The notes below the pieces were generated by a model. It worked only from the letters and a program-made list of their open reading frames with translations, did no database searches and was not told the DNA's origin. The translations under genes were made by a program, and so were the position numbers. Below, one piece after another: positions 16,658 to 25,599 of a stretch of DNA of 55,461 nt. Within the stretch, counting starts at the first letter, position 1. Each line of letters opens with the position of its first letter. The DNA comes from Patescibacteria group bacterium (lineage in GTDB: Bacteria > Patescibacteriota > Patescibacteriia > JAACEG01), in assembly GCA_034660655.1 (NCBI GenBank), contig JAYEJU010000056.1, positions 1-55,461 of the forward strand, given 5' to 3'.

Positions 16658-17148
16658 ATGCAAAACAAAATATAGGAAATGCAGGAGAATATTATATTGC
16701 CTCAAGATTATGAGCAGAAGATTTTGTAGTGACTATAACTTTGGGCAGAGCGGAAAAATATGATATTATAACTATCAACACAAGCGGTAAAACATTAAAA
16801 ATTTCTGTTAAAACTAGAATACTTGATAATATAAAAAGATTTCCTCTTTCTAAAAAAGACGAAATCGGAGGAGCTAAAAATTTTTACTACATATTTATAA
16901 AATTAAATGAATTCAAAACGGAGCCAGATTTTTGGATAGTTCCAAGTATAAGAGTAAACGAAATTATTAAAATTTCACATAGTAAATGGATTAAAGGTGT
17001 TCCTAAAAGGGGAAAGACACGAACAGATTGTGGCATTAGAAATTTTTGGTTAGAGATTAATTCAATAAGCAAGGGTTTATTTCCTAATAATTGGGAAACA
17101 GAATTGAAGAAATATTATAAAAATATTCATCAACTAAGAAAGATTTAG
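16658..17148 (+). pseudogene. PD-(D/E)xK (restriction-endonuclease-like) nuclease, disrupted at the 5' end
   Basis: ATG 16658 (MQNKI) hits a stop after 5 codons. The homologous frame IGNAGEYYIASRL*AEDFVVTITLGRAEKYDIITI...LKISVKTR is offset by one base and has an in-frame TGA at 16711-16713. Only GTG 16729 onward is open. Confidence 0.6.
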
Positions 17149-17155
17149 ATTATTT

Positions 17156-17512
17156 ATGCCAAAAAAAATTATTACAACTAAAATCGCTATATTTAAAGGT
17201 AAGAAAATAAGAAAGACTATTTATAATAATGAATGGTGGTTTGTTATTGTTGATGTCATTGAAGCATTAACGGATTCAACTAACCCTAAGCAGTATTTAA
17301 AAAATATGTTGAATCGAGATGAAGAATTGGCTGGAGGGTGGGTTCAAATTGAACACCCCCTTTTAATTGATACAAGAGGCGGAAAACAAATGATGAAATG
17401 CGCCAATACAGAAGGAATTTTTCGAATTATTCAATCAATCCCATCACCCAAAGCCGAACCATTTAAGCGTTGGTTGGCAAAAGAAAGAGACTTGGTCGTT
17501 CCATTGTTTTAA
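17156..17512 (+). CDS. Bro-N domain protein (phage/mobile-element DNA-binding domain), apparently C-terminally truncated
   Basis: IAIFKGKKIRKTIYNNEWWFVIVDVIEALTDS...GGKQMMKCANTEGIFRIIQSIPSPKAEPFKRWLAK matches the Bro-N/antirepressor N-domain. The ORF stops shortly after the domain. Confidence 0.6.
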   Translation: MPKKIITTKIAIFKGKKIRKTIYNNEWWFVIVDVIEALTDSTNPKQYLKNMLNRDEELAGGWVQIEHPLLIDTRGGKQMMKCANTEGIFRIIQSIPSPKAEPFKRWLAKERDLVVPLF

Positions 17513-17652
17513 AAAATAATTTTAAAGCATTAGACTAGAAAGGGTTAAAATCAGGAACTAAAAAAAATTAAAATAATTTGTGTTAATATCATTTAAAAAT
17601 GTCATATTTGACGAAATTAATTATAATAATTTTTTAATTTATTATTAATTTT

Positions 17653-19095
17653 ATGACAAAAATACGAACAAGATTTGCTCCAAGCCCGACTGGGTCTTTA
17701 CATATAGGCAGTGTAAGAACTGTTGTTTTTGATTATCTTTTGGCAAAAAGCAAGGGGGGGGATTTTATTTTACGGATTGAAGATACAGATCAAAAAAGGC
17801 AAATAAAAGGAGCAATAAAAAATTTAATTGAAATTTTAGATTGGCTGGGAATAAAATTTGACGAAGGTCCTGTTGTTGGTGGAAAATTTAGTCCTTATAT
17901 TCAGACTGAACGGCTTGATATTTATAAAAAATATATTGATCAACTTCTTAAAAAAGGAGAAGCTTATTATTGTTTTTGTTCTGAAAATAGATTAAAAGGA
18001 TTGCGTGAAACACAAATCAAAAATAAACAAGCGCCAAGATATGACAATCATTGCAGAAATTTGAAGCCAGAGGAAGTTGAAGCAAAAATAAAATCAGGAG
18101 AAAAATTTGTTATCAGACAAAAAATGCCGTTAGGAGGGAAAACAGAAGTTTTTGACGAATTAAGAGGAAAAATAGAATTTGACAATAAAGAATTAGAAGA
18201 TCAAATTTTAATGAAAGCAAATCAAATTCCAACTTATCAGTTTGCCAGCGTTGTCGATGATTATCTAATGGAGATTTCAGATGTTATCAGGGGAGCTGAA
18301 TGGATTCCGTCGTTTCCTAAAAATATTCTGCTTTATAAAGCGTTTGGCTGGCAATCGCCAAGATTTATTCATATTCCCTTGACAATGAGTCCAAACGGTG
18401 GAAAATTAAGCAAAAGAGACGGGGATACAACTGTTGAAGATTACAGAAGAAAAGGCTATCTTCCAGAAGCGTTAATAAATTTTTCAGCGCTTTTAGGTTG
18501 GCATCCAAAAGATAACAGAGAGATTTTTACCTTGGAAGAGCTGGTAAAAGAATTTTCATTAAAAGGAATGGGGGTCAGTTCGGCTGTTTTTGATATTAAT
18601 AAATTGAAATGGATAAATGGCGAGCATATTAGGAAAAAAAGTTTGAAGGAATTCCATAAAATGGCTTTACCATATTATAAAGAATTTAAAAAAGATTTGG
18701 ATTTTTTTGAAATAAGCAGAATTTTGCAAAATAGAACAGAAATTTTAAGCAATATTCCAGAAATGATAGAATTTTTTAACAATCTCCAAAAATACAATAT
18801 TGATTTGTTTGTGAATAAAAAAATGAAAACAGACAAACAAATTTCTTTAAAAGCTCTTGAAAAATCAATTTCTGTTTTAGAAAATATAAAAAATTGGAAT
18901 CAGGAAACAATAAAAGAAAAACTTTTGAATTTAGTAGAAGAGATTGGATGTAAAAATGGACAAGTGCTTTGGCCGATCAGAATCGCTTTAAGCGGAAAAC
19001 AGTTTACTCCAGGTGGCGCCATTGAAATCGCTTTTATCTTAGGAAAAGAAGAATGTATAAAAAGAATTAAAATAGGAATAGAAAAATTGATGTAA
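17653..19095 (+). CDS. gltX: Glutamate--tRNA ligase
   Basis: RFAPSPTGSLHIGSVRT (HIGH) and KLSKRDG (KMSKS). Confidence 0.95.
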   Translation: MTKIRTRFAPSPTGSLHIGSVRTVVFDYLLAKSKGGDFILRIEDTDQKRQIKGAIKNLIEILDWLGIKFDEGPVVGGKFSPYIQTERLDIYKKYIDQLLKKGEAYYCFCSENRLKGLRETQIKNKQAPRYDNHCRNLKPEEVEAKIKSGEKFVIRQKMPLGGKTEVFDELRGKIEFDNKELEDQILMKANQIPTYQFASVVDDYLMEISDVIRGAEWIPSFPKNILLYKAFGWQSPRFIHIPLTMSPNGGKLSKRDGDTTVEDYRRKGYLPEALINFSALLGWHPKDNREIFTLEELVKEFSLKGMGVSSAVFDINKLKWINGEHIRKKSLKEFHKMALPYYKEFKKDLDFFEISRILQNRTEILSNIPEMIEFFNNLQKYNIDLFVNKKMKTDKQISLKALEKSISVLENIKNWNQETIKEKLLNLVEEIGCKNGQVLWPIRIALSGKQFTPGGAIEIAFILGKEECIKRIKIGIEKLM

Positions 19096-19132
19096 AATTG
19101 ATTAACGAGCATATCTCAAAAAAATTATATTT

Positions 19133-19477
19133 ATGGCTAAAAGAACAATATCTAAAAAAATAAAAAATTTTGTTTTTAATTATCTTCAATATCTTAAAGA
19201 CGATGGTTTATCTATTGAAAAAACGTTTATTTACGCTAAAGGGGTTTAAAATAAATGGAGTGATATTGATTTATGTGTTATTTCTTTGAAGTTTAAAAAT
19301 CAATTTGACGCGATGCGTTATCTTCTGCTAAAATCGTATAATATAGACGCAATTATTGAACCACATCCTTACCATCCGCGCGATTTTGTTAATGAAGATC
19401 CTTTGGTTTGGGAAATAAAAAAAACGGGAATTGAAATTTCTTTTAAAAAAATAAAGTCAAAAAAAATTAAAAAATAG
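19133..19477 (+). pseudogene. Minimal nucleotidyltransferase (MNT/Pol-beta superfamily) with in-frame TAA
   Basis: A single frame reads MAKRTISKK...IEKTFIYAKGV*NKWSDIDLCVIS...IIEPHPY. The TAA at 19247-19249 falls between the degenerate GS motif and the DxD motif. Confidence 0.6.
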
Positions 19478-19664
19478 ATTATCTTGACATCAAATTTTTT
19501 TGATATTATTGTATTAATAGATTAAGAAGCAAAAAATATATTGCTTTAAGTTTTATTTTTTTGTGTATTAAATTCATATATTTAATAAGTTTGGATAATA
19601 TTTATTAGCCTAAATAAATAATTTTTTTTGTTATCGTAGAATAATGCTCGGAGTTTAAATTAGA

Positions 19665-19760
19665 TGTTTTGAATTTAAAAGTTTTGAATTTTGGTTATTG
19701 TAATTTATTTGGAATTTGAAAATTGTAATTTGTAATTTTTTTAAAAAATTGTAATTTTAA
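19665..19760. repeat. ATTTG/TTTGAA low-complexity repeat arm (T/G-rich orientation)
   Basis: gttttgaatttaaaagttttgaattttggttattgtaatttatttggaatttgaaaattgtaatttgtaatttttt. Reverse complement of the word set seen in metG and at 54607. Confidence 0.65.
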
Positions 19761-19819
19761 TTCGAATTATATCTTATTCGTGTCATTCGCATAAATTCGC
19801 GGATTCGCATTATATTTAT

Positions 19820-21538
19820 ATGTTTAAAAATATATTTTCAAAATTAGTTTACAGAGGAGAAAAAAGCAACAGAAGAAAATATCGCCTTACAGTATTGGCA
19901 ATTATTATTGTCGCTGTTTTTTGTTTTTGTTATGTAACGCCGAATTATTATGATAAAATTATTGATTGGCTAAATCCTAAGATAGGTCAGAATTTTCCGC
20001 ATTTTATTAAAACGCCTTTTCGTTTAGGTCTTGATTTGCAGGGCGGAACGCACTTAGTATATGAAGCTGATGTTTTAAAGATTGAAGGCGAAACAAGCGA
20101 ACAGGGTTTGGCGTTAGAAGGGGTTAGAGATGTTATTGAAAGAAGAGTTAACGCCTTTGGAGTTTCTGAACCAATAGTGCAAACCAATCATTCAGGCGAT
20201 AATTGGAGGCTTATTGTTGAGTTAGCTGGCGTGCATAATGTTGATCAAGCAATTAAAATGATTGGGGAAACTCCGATTTTAGAATTTAAAGAAGAAAATC
20301 ATGAGCCTTCCCGCGAATTAACAGAAAAAGAAAGCAAAGAGATGAAAGAATTTAATAATAAAGCTCTTGAAACAGCAAAAGATATTGTTATAAAAATTAA
20401 TGGAGGAGAAGACTTTGGAGAGCTGGCTAAAGAATTTTCTGAGGATCCAGGCAGTAAAGAACAAGGCGGGGAGCTGGGGTTTGCCCAAAAAGGAATGATG
20501 GTGCCTGAATTTGAAGAAGCCATTTTCGGAGATTTAGAAGTAGGAAAAATAACAGAAGAGCCAATAAAAACTCAATTTGGTTATCATATTATTAAAAAAG
20601 AAGAAATAAAAGGCGGTATACAGCCAGACGGGGTTGACAACACGGAAGTTAGGTCAGCTCATATTTTGATTAGAACAAAATTAGAGGCTGATTTTGTGCC
20701 TCCTGTTGATCCTTGGAAAAACACAGGTCTTTCAGGAAAACAGCTTGTGAAAAGCCAAGTTGAATTTGATCCTAACACAAATGAGCCAGAAGTAGGACTG
20801 ATATTTGATGACGAAGGAAAAGATTTATTTTCTGAGATCACAAAAAGAAATGTTGGCAAAAAGGTTGCGATATTTTTAGATGGAATGCCATTAAGTATAC
20901 CTGTTGTTAATGAACAGATTCGCGACGGCAGAGCTGTTATTTCTGGAGGTTTTGACATTAAAGAAGCGAAAAAATTGTCGCAAAGGTTGAATGCTGGAGC
21001 TTTGCCTGTTCCGATCACTTTAATCAGCCAGAATACTGTTGGAGCAAGTTTAGGGCAAGCATCTTTAGACAAAAGTTTAAAAGCTGGCATTTGGGGTTTT
21101 TGCGCGATAATAATTTTTTTGTTGATTGTTTACAGGTTAAAAGGATTAGTTGCTGCGATAGCTTTAATTATTTACGCTGTTTTTACTCTGTCTTTATTTA
21201 AACTGTTTGGAATTACTTTAACATTAGCGGGATTAGCGGGATTAGTGCTGTCAATTGGAATGGCTGTTGACGCGAACGTTCTAATTTTTGAACGGATGAA
21301 AGAGGAAAAACATTTAGGCAAAACAGGGCTAAGACTTATTGATGACGGATTTTCAAGGGCATGGACATCAATTCGCGACGGAAATATCTCAACACTGCTT
21401 ACATGTTTAATTTTGATTTGGTTTTCCACGAGTATGGTAAAGGGTTTCGCAATTACTTTAATCATCGGCATATTAATGAGTATGTTCAGCGCGGTTGTTG
21501 TGACTATGTTTTTATTAAAAGGTTTTACAAGAAAATAA
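19820..21538 (+). CDS. secD: Protein translocase subunit SecD with an inserted parvulin-type PPIase domain
   Basis: SecD blocks LGLDLQGGTHLVYEAD, RVNAFGVSEPIVQ, ...LPVPITLISQNTVGASLG and the six C-terminal TM helices. Residues ~160-287 align to Par10-type parvulin (GEDFGELAKEFSEDPGSKEQGGELGF...QFGYHIIKK). Confidence 0.9.
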   Translation: MFKNIFSKLVYRGEKSNRRKYRLTVLAIIIVAVFCFCYVTPNYYDKIIDWLNPKIGQNFPHFIKTPFRLGLDLQGGTHLVYEADVLKIEGETSEQGLALEGVRDVIERRVNAFGVSEPIVQTNHSGDNWRLIVELAGVHNVDQAIKMIGETPILEFKEENHEPSRELTEKESKEMKEFNNKALETAKDIVIKINGGEDFGELAKEFSEDPGSKEQGGELGFAQKGMMVPEFEEAIFGDLEVGKITEEPIKTQFGYHIIKKEEIKGGIQPDGVDNTEVRSAHILIRTKLEADFVPPVDPWKNTGLSGKQLVKSQVEFDPNTNEPEVGLIFDDEGKDLFSEITKRNVGKKVAIFLDGMPLSIPVVNEQIRDGRAVISGGFDIKEAKKLSQRLNAGALPVPITLISQNTVGASLGQASLDKSLKAGIWGFCAIIIFLLIVYRLKGLVAAIALIIYAVFTLSLFKLFGITLTLAGLAGLVLSIGMAVDANVLIFERMKEEKHLGKTGLRLIDDGFSRAWTSIRDGNISTLLTCLILIWFSTSMVKGFAITLIIGILMSMFSAVVVTMFLLKGFTRK

Positions 21539-21572
21539 TTTTTTACATATCATTCTTAATATTTTTTAACAT

Positions 21573-21640
21573 TGTCATTCTGAACTTGATTCAGAATCTG
21601 TAAATTTTAAAATAGATTCCGTGTCAAGCACGGAATGACA
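21573..21640. repeat. MITE-like element (TGTCATTC...GAATGACA family), copy 3
   Basis: TGTCATTC-[CTGAACTTGATTCAG]-AATCT..AGATT-[CCGTGTCAAGCACGG]-AATGACA. It lies between secD and secF. Confidence 0.75.
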
Positions 21641-21661
21641 AATAGCTGTTATTCTCAGTAT

Positions 21662-21690
21662 TGTCATCCTCAACTTGATTGTGGATTGAC
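21662..21690. repeat. Solo left end of the MITE-like family
   Basis: TGTCATCCTCAACTTGATTGTGGATTGAC parallels TGTCATTCTGAACTTGATTCAGAATCTG of the adjacent copy. Confidence 0.5.
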
Positions 21691-21712
21691 TGGGAATTTA
21701 TCAACTTCATTT

Positions 21713-22690
21713 ATGATAAATATTATAAATTATAGAAAAATATATTTTATTCTTTCAGGTATTTTAGTTACCGTAAGTATTTTTGCTTTTGGATTTTGGG
21801 GATTGAATCTTGGAATTGATTTTACTGGCGGGAGTTTATTGGAAATTGAATATGTTGATGACAGGCCTCGAATAAGCGCAATTCAAGAAAAATTGGCCAG
21901 TTTAGAATTAGGAGATGTTGTTGTCCAGCCAATTGGAGATAAATCTATGTTGTTGCGTTTTAAGTCAGTGAGCGAGGAAGAGCATCAAAATATTTTAAAC
22001 AGATTGAGAGAAAATAATAAATCAGAAGAAAAAAATAAAGACTTGGCTGATGTTGAAGAAATAGAAAAAGAAGAAATAATAGAATCTATTGAAACAGGTG
22101 GGGGAAGTAATAAAATAATTGAAAAACGCTTTGATTCAATTGGTCCTGTTATCGGGCAGGAGTTAAAGAAAAAAACAATTTACGCTATTATGATCGCGCT
22201 TGTTGTTATTATTCTTTATATTGCGTGGGCTTTTAGAAAAGTTTCTAATCCTATATCTTCATGGAAATATGGAGTAATAGCTATTGTTGCTCTTTTTCAT
22301 GATATTATTATCGTAGTCGGCATTTTTGTTTTTTTAGGAAAATTTTGTTCAATAGAAATTAACACTCCTTTTGTCGCGGCATTGCTTACGATTTTAGGAT
22401 ATTCAGTAAATGATACAATTGTTATTTTTGATAGAGTCAGGGAAAATTTAAAAAATTATGATTATAATTTTGAAAATACAATTAACAAAAGCGTAAATCA
22501 AAATTTATTAAGATCTTTTTATACATCTCTTACTACACTGTTAGTTCTTTTCTCTTTGTTATTTTTTGGAGGAGACACGATAAAAAGTTTTGTGCTGGTA
22601 TTAATAGCGGGCATTATTTCTGGAACATATTCTTCAATCTTTTTGGCAAGCCCGTTGTTGGCTGTTTGGGAAAAAATAAATAAAAAATAA
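21713..22690 (+). CDS. secF: Protein translocase subunit SecF
   Basis: GIDFTGGSLLEIEY, the six-TM core and LLTILGYSVNDTIVIFDRVRE. The start is moved to ATG 21713 because the ORF-track start 21635 is the ATGACA terminus of the MITE. Confidence 0.9.
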   Translation: MINIINYRKIYFILSGILVTVSIFAFGFWGLNLGIDFTGGSLLEIEYVDDRPRISAIQEKLASLELGDVVVQPIGDKSMLLRFKSVSEEEHQNILNRLRENNKSEEKNKDLADVEEIEKEEIIESIETGGGSNKIIEKRFDSIGPVIGQELKKKTIYAIMIALVVIILYIAWAFRKVSNPISSWKYGVIAIVALFHDIIIVVGIFVFLGKFCSIEINTPFVAALLTILGYSVNDTIVIFDRVRENLKNYDYNFENTINKSVNQNLLRSFYTSLTTLLVLFSLLFFGGDTIKSFVLVLIAGIISGTYSSIFLASPLLAVWEKINKK

Positions 22691-22714
22691 ATTGATTTTT
22701 AAAATAAATAAACA

Positions 22715-22746
22715 GGCTATTCAATTTTGAATAGCCATTTTTTTGT
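22715..22746 (+). terminator. Rho-independent terminator after secF
   Basis: GGCTATTCAA-tt-TTGAATAGCC followed by ATTTTTTTGTTTTT. Confidence 0.7.
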
Positions 22747-22816
22747 TTTTATTAAAATAAAAAATATGTTAGAATAAATAAAAGAAAGTTTATTTTACAT
22801 TTTTAATTTTAATTTT

Positions 22817-23506
22817 ATGAATTTTTGTCCTAATCCGAACAAAAAATTGAATATTAAAACTAAGTATGGCGAGTTTAGCCGTTTTCCAATTAAAACAAAT
22901 TTGATAAAACCAGACGATAATGTATTTGATTCTATAAAAAAATACGCCTTGCCTTATATTAAAGATAATGATATACTTTTTATAAGCGAAAAAGTTATTG
23001 CTGTCACGCAGGGGCGTTCTTATAGAATTTCAGATATTAAACCAACAAGATTAGCGACTTTTTTAAGCAGATTTGTTTACAGAAATCCCGGAGGAATAGG
23101 GTTGGCGATGCCTGAAACAATGCACTTGGCAATACAGGAAGTTGGAATTTTGCGGATTTTATTCGCCGCTTTTTGCGCTATGATAACCAAGCCGTTTAAA
23201 ATTAAGGGAGTTTTTTATTTTATTGCCGGTGATGGCGCAAGATCTATAGATGGACCTGTTCCTTACGCGATTCCTCCTTATAATGAATACGCTAGCAAAG
23301 GTCCTGAAAATCCACAAAAAGTTATCAAAGAAATTGAAGAAAAATTTCACATTAAGACAGCAATTATTGACGCTAATGATTTAGGAATAAGAATTTTAGG
23401 AGCAAGCAAGGGAATTTCTAAAAAAATGTTAAGCAAGGCCTTGATTGATAATCCTTTGGGACAGTGCGACGAATCAACTCCAATGGGAATTTTGCGAAGA
23501 ATATAA
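22817..23506 (+). CDS. F420-0:gamma-glutamyl ligase (CofE)-like family protein
   Basis: DILFISEKVIAVTQGR..., IDANDLG... and DNPLGQCDESTPMGILR resemble the CofE/F420_ligase fold. This is a family call by eye only. Confidence 0.45.
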   Translation: MNFCPNPNKKLNIKTKYGEFSRFPIKTNLIKPDDNVFDSIKKYALPYIKDNDILFISEKVIAVTQGRSYRISDIKPTRLATFLSRFVYRNPGGIGLAMPETMHLAIQEVGILRILFAAFCAMITKPFKIKGVFYFIAGDGARSIDGPVPYAIPPYNEYASKGPENPQKVIKEIEEKFHIKTAIIDANDLGIRILGASKGISKKMLSKALIDNPLGQCDESTPMGILRRI

Positions 23507-23669
23507 TAATCTAATCCTTTCCTTATTTAAATTCATAGATTAAAAAGCAATTTGATAAAAAATCTATTTTAAAATTTATCTTGAATTTTTTTTAAAATGT
23601 TATAAAATTAATTAAACGACAATTTTAATTTAATTTTATTTATTACTTTTTAATATATTATATTTATTT

Positions 23670-25583
23670 ATGAAATTTTTTTTTGGCAGGCATAAAAAAT
23701 TTATTATTTTTATCATTATTCTTTTAATTGGAGGAGCGGTTGGCGCTAAGTATTTTTTAGTTGATGAGAAAATAAATTACGTTACCTCGAAAGTTAAAAA
23801 AGGAGATATAATCAATACAGTTTCTGTCACGGGATCAATAGTATCAGACATAATTACAGATCTTCATTTTGAAATAAACGGAAAATTAGAAAAAATTAAT
23901 TTTAATGTCGGCGATAGCGTGAATAATGGAGATATTATAGCTGAGTTATCAGCTAATGATGAAAAAATACAGGTTCAAGAGGCAGAAGCGTCATTAAACG
24001 CGGCTCAAGCGAATTTGAATTTGAAAAGAGCGGGAGCTACATTGGAAGACATAAGAGTGGCTGAAACTAACGTAGCTTCAGCGGAGGTAGCTTTAAAAAT
24101 TGCTAAAACAAATTTAACAAATACAGAGGCTTCTGGGGCAGAGGACATAAGAAAAGCAGAGTTGGATTTGCAAAATTCAGAACTTTCTTTGCTGTCATCT
24201 CAAATAGATATGGATAATAGTGAGATTAGTTTGTCAAATATTGTTGAACAGAATCAACAATCAGTTGATAGCGCGTACGAAGCATTAAAGGTTACTATGG
24301 AAAAAAATTTATTGAAAATTTATGATTACTTGATTGACATGGATGAAATTCTTGGCGTGGATGACGAAGACGTAAATGACAGCTTTGAATCGTCTTTGGG
24401 TATTTTAAAAAGCACAAGTCTTGAACGCGCGCAAACAGCTTATAGAATCGCAAAAAATAATTATATTGTTGTTGATGAGGAATTTATTGGATTAGAAGAA
24501 AATAGTTCTTCTGAAAAAATAAAATCGGTCGCTGATGATATTGACTCAGCTTTGCGTTTAATTGATACTGCTTTGTTGAAAACAAGAGTTTTGTTGAATA
24601 ATTCTGTTGTATCATCTAATTTAACATCAACAATGTTAAGCGCTTTTAAATCAACCATTGACACTGGCAGGACAGGAATTAACACAGAAGCGAGTAATTT
24701 ACAGACAAAAAAACAGGCATTAAATTCAGCTGAAATTTCTCAGAAATATAATATTGACACAGCGCAAGCCGTTTATGATATAGCAAAAAGTAATTATGAG
24801 AAAGCGCAAAAATCAAAAGAAATATCTGAACATAATTTAAGCACAACAAAGATAGATGTTGAAAATTTTATTAATAGCGCGGAATTAGAAATAGAATTAA
24901 AAACAAAAGCTTTAGAAACAGCAAAAGCTTCTTATAACTTTAAAAAGGCGCCTCCAAGAAAGGTTGATGTTGCCAGTTTAGAAGCTCAAGTTGTTCAAGC
25001 TCAAGCAGCGTTAAGTCTTGCAAAAAAGAATTTAGAAAAAACTAAATTAAAAGCTCCAAGCAACGGCATAATAATTAATATTAACGGAGAGTTAGGTGAA
25101 AACATCTCCATTTCAACTAATTTCGCTGTTATGATTTCGCAACAGCTTATTATTGAAGCAGATGTATCAGAAACTGACATTAGCAAAATTAAAATCAGCC
25201 AGCCTGTTAATATAACTTTTGACGCTTTTGGAGATGATAAAAAGTTTTTAGGCGATCTATTTTTTATTGATCCTGCTGAAACAAGAATTCAAGATGTGAT
25301 ATATTATAAAATAAAAATCGCTTTAAATGATAGACACGGCAAATCAATTCGTTCAGGTATGACAGCTAATATTGACATTTTAGCTGAAAGCAGAAAAGAC
25401 GCGCTGTTTATTCCTCAAAGAACGATTATAGAAAAAGATGGCAACAAAATTGTTAAAATTTTAAAAAATGGAGATGTAAGGGAAACAAGAGTCGCGACGG
25501 GCATTAGGGGAGACGGCGGTGTAATAGAAATAATTTCAGGTTTGATGGAAGGGCAGGATGTAGTTGTTTCAATTAAAAAGTAA
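23670..25583 (+). CDS. HlyD/MacA-type periplasmic adaptor with very long coiled-coil hairpin
   Basis: N-terminal TM. Lipoyl halves (GKLEKINFNVGDSVNNGDIIAEL ... KLKAPSNGIIININGELGE). About 350 aa of heptad-rich sequence. C-terminal beta-barrel/MPD. Confidence 0.8.
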   Translation: MKFFFGRHKKFIIFIIILLIGGAVGAKYFLVDEKINYVTSKVKKGDIINTVSVTGSIVSDIITDLHFEINGKLEKINFNVGDSVNNGDIIAELSANDEKIQVQEAEASLNAAQANLNLKRAGATLEDIRVAETNVASAEVALKIAKTNLTNTEASGAEDIRKAELDLQNSELSLLSSQIDMDNSEISLSNIVEQNQQSVDSAYEALKVTMEKNLLKIYDYLIDMDEILGVDDEDVNDSFESSLGILKSTSLERAQTAYRIAKNNYIVVDEEFIGLEENSSSEKIKSVADDIDSALRLIDTALLKTRVLLNNSVVSSNLTSTMLSAFKSTIDTGRTGINTEASNLQTKKQALNSAEISQKYNIDTAQAVYDIAKSNYEKAQKSKEISEHNLSTTKIDVENFINSAELEIELKTKALETAKASYNFKKAPPRKVDVASLEAQVVQAQAALSLAKKNLEKTKLKAPSNGIIININGELGENISISTNFAVMISQQLIIEADVSETDISKIKISQPVNITFDAFGDDKKFLGDLFFIDPAETRIQDVIYYKIKIALNDRHGKSIRSGMTANIDILAESRKDALFIPQRTIIEKDGNKIVKILKNGDVRETRVATGIRGDGGVIEIISGLMEGQDVVVSIKK

Positions 25584-25599
25584 TTTTAAACATTTTAAA

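Noticed and set aside
16711-16713. The in-frame TGA as evidence for a TGA-recoding genetic code (code 4/25).
   Set aside because: TGA clearly terminates corA (16508-16510), the patatin gene (50708-50710) and the small ORF at 8386-8388. The same gene also has a frameshift and lost start, so pseudogenisation explains it.
19665-19760. Repetitive word tracts (also 37841-37950 and 54607-54733) as CRISPR arrays.
   Set aside because: There is no fixed-length direct repeat alternating with unique spacers. The units are 5-8 nt variable words arranged as complementary arms. No cas genes are nearby.
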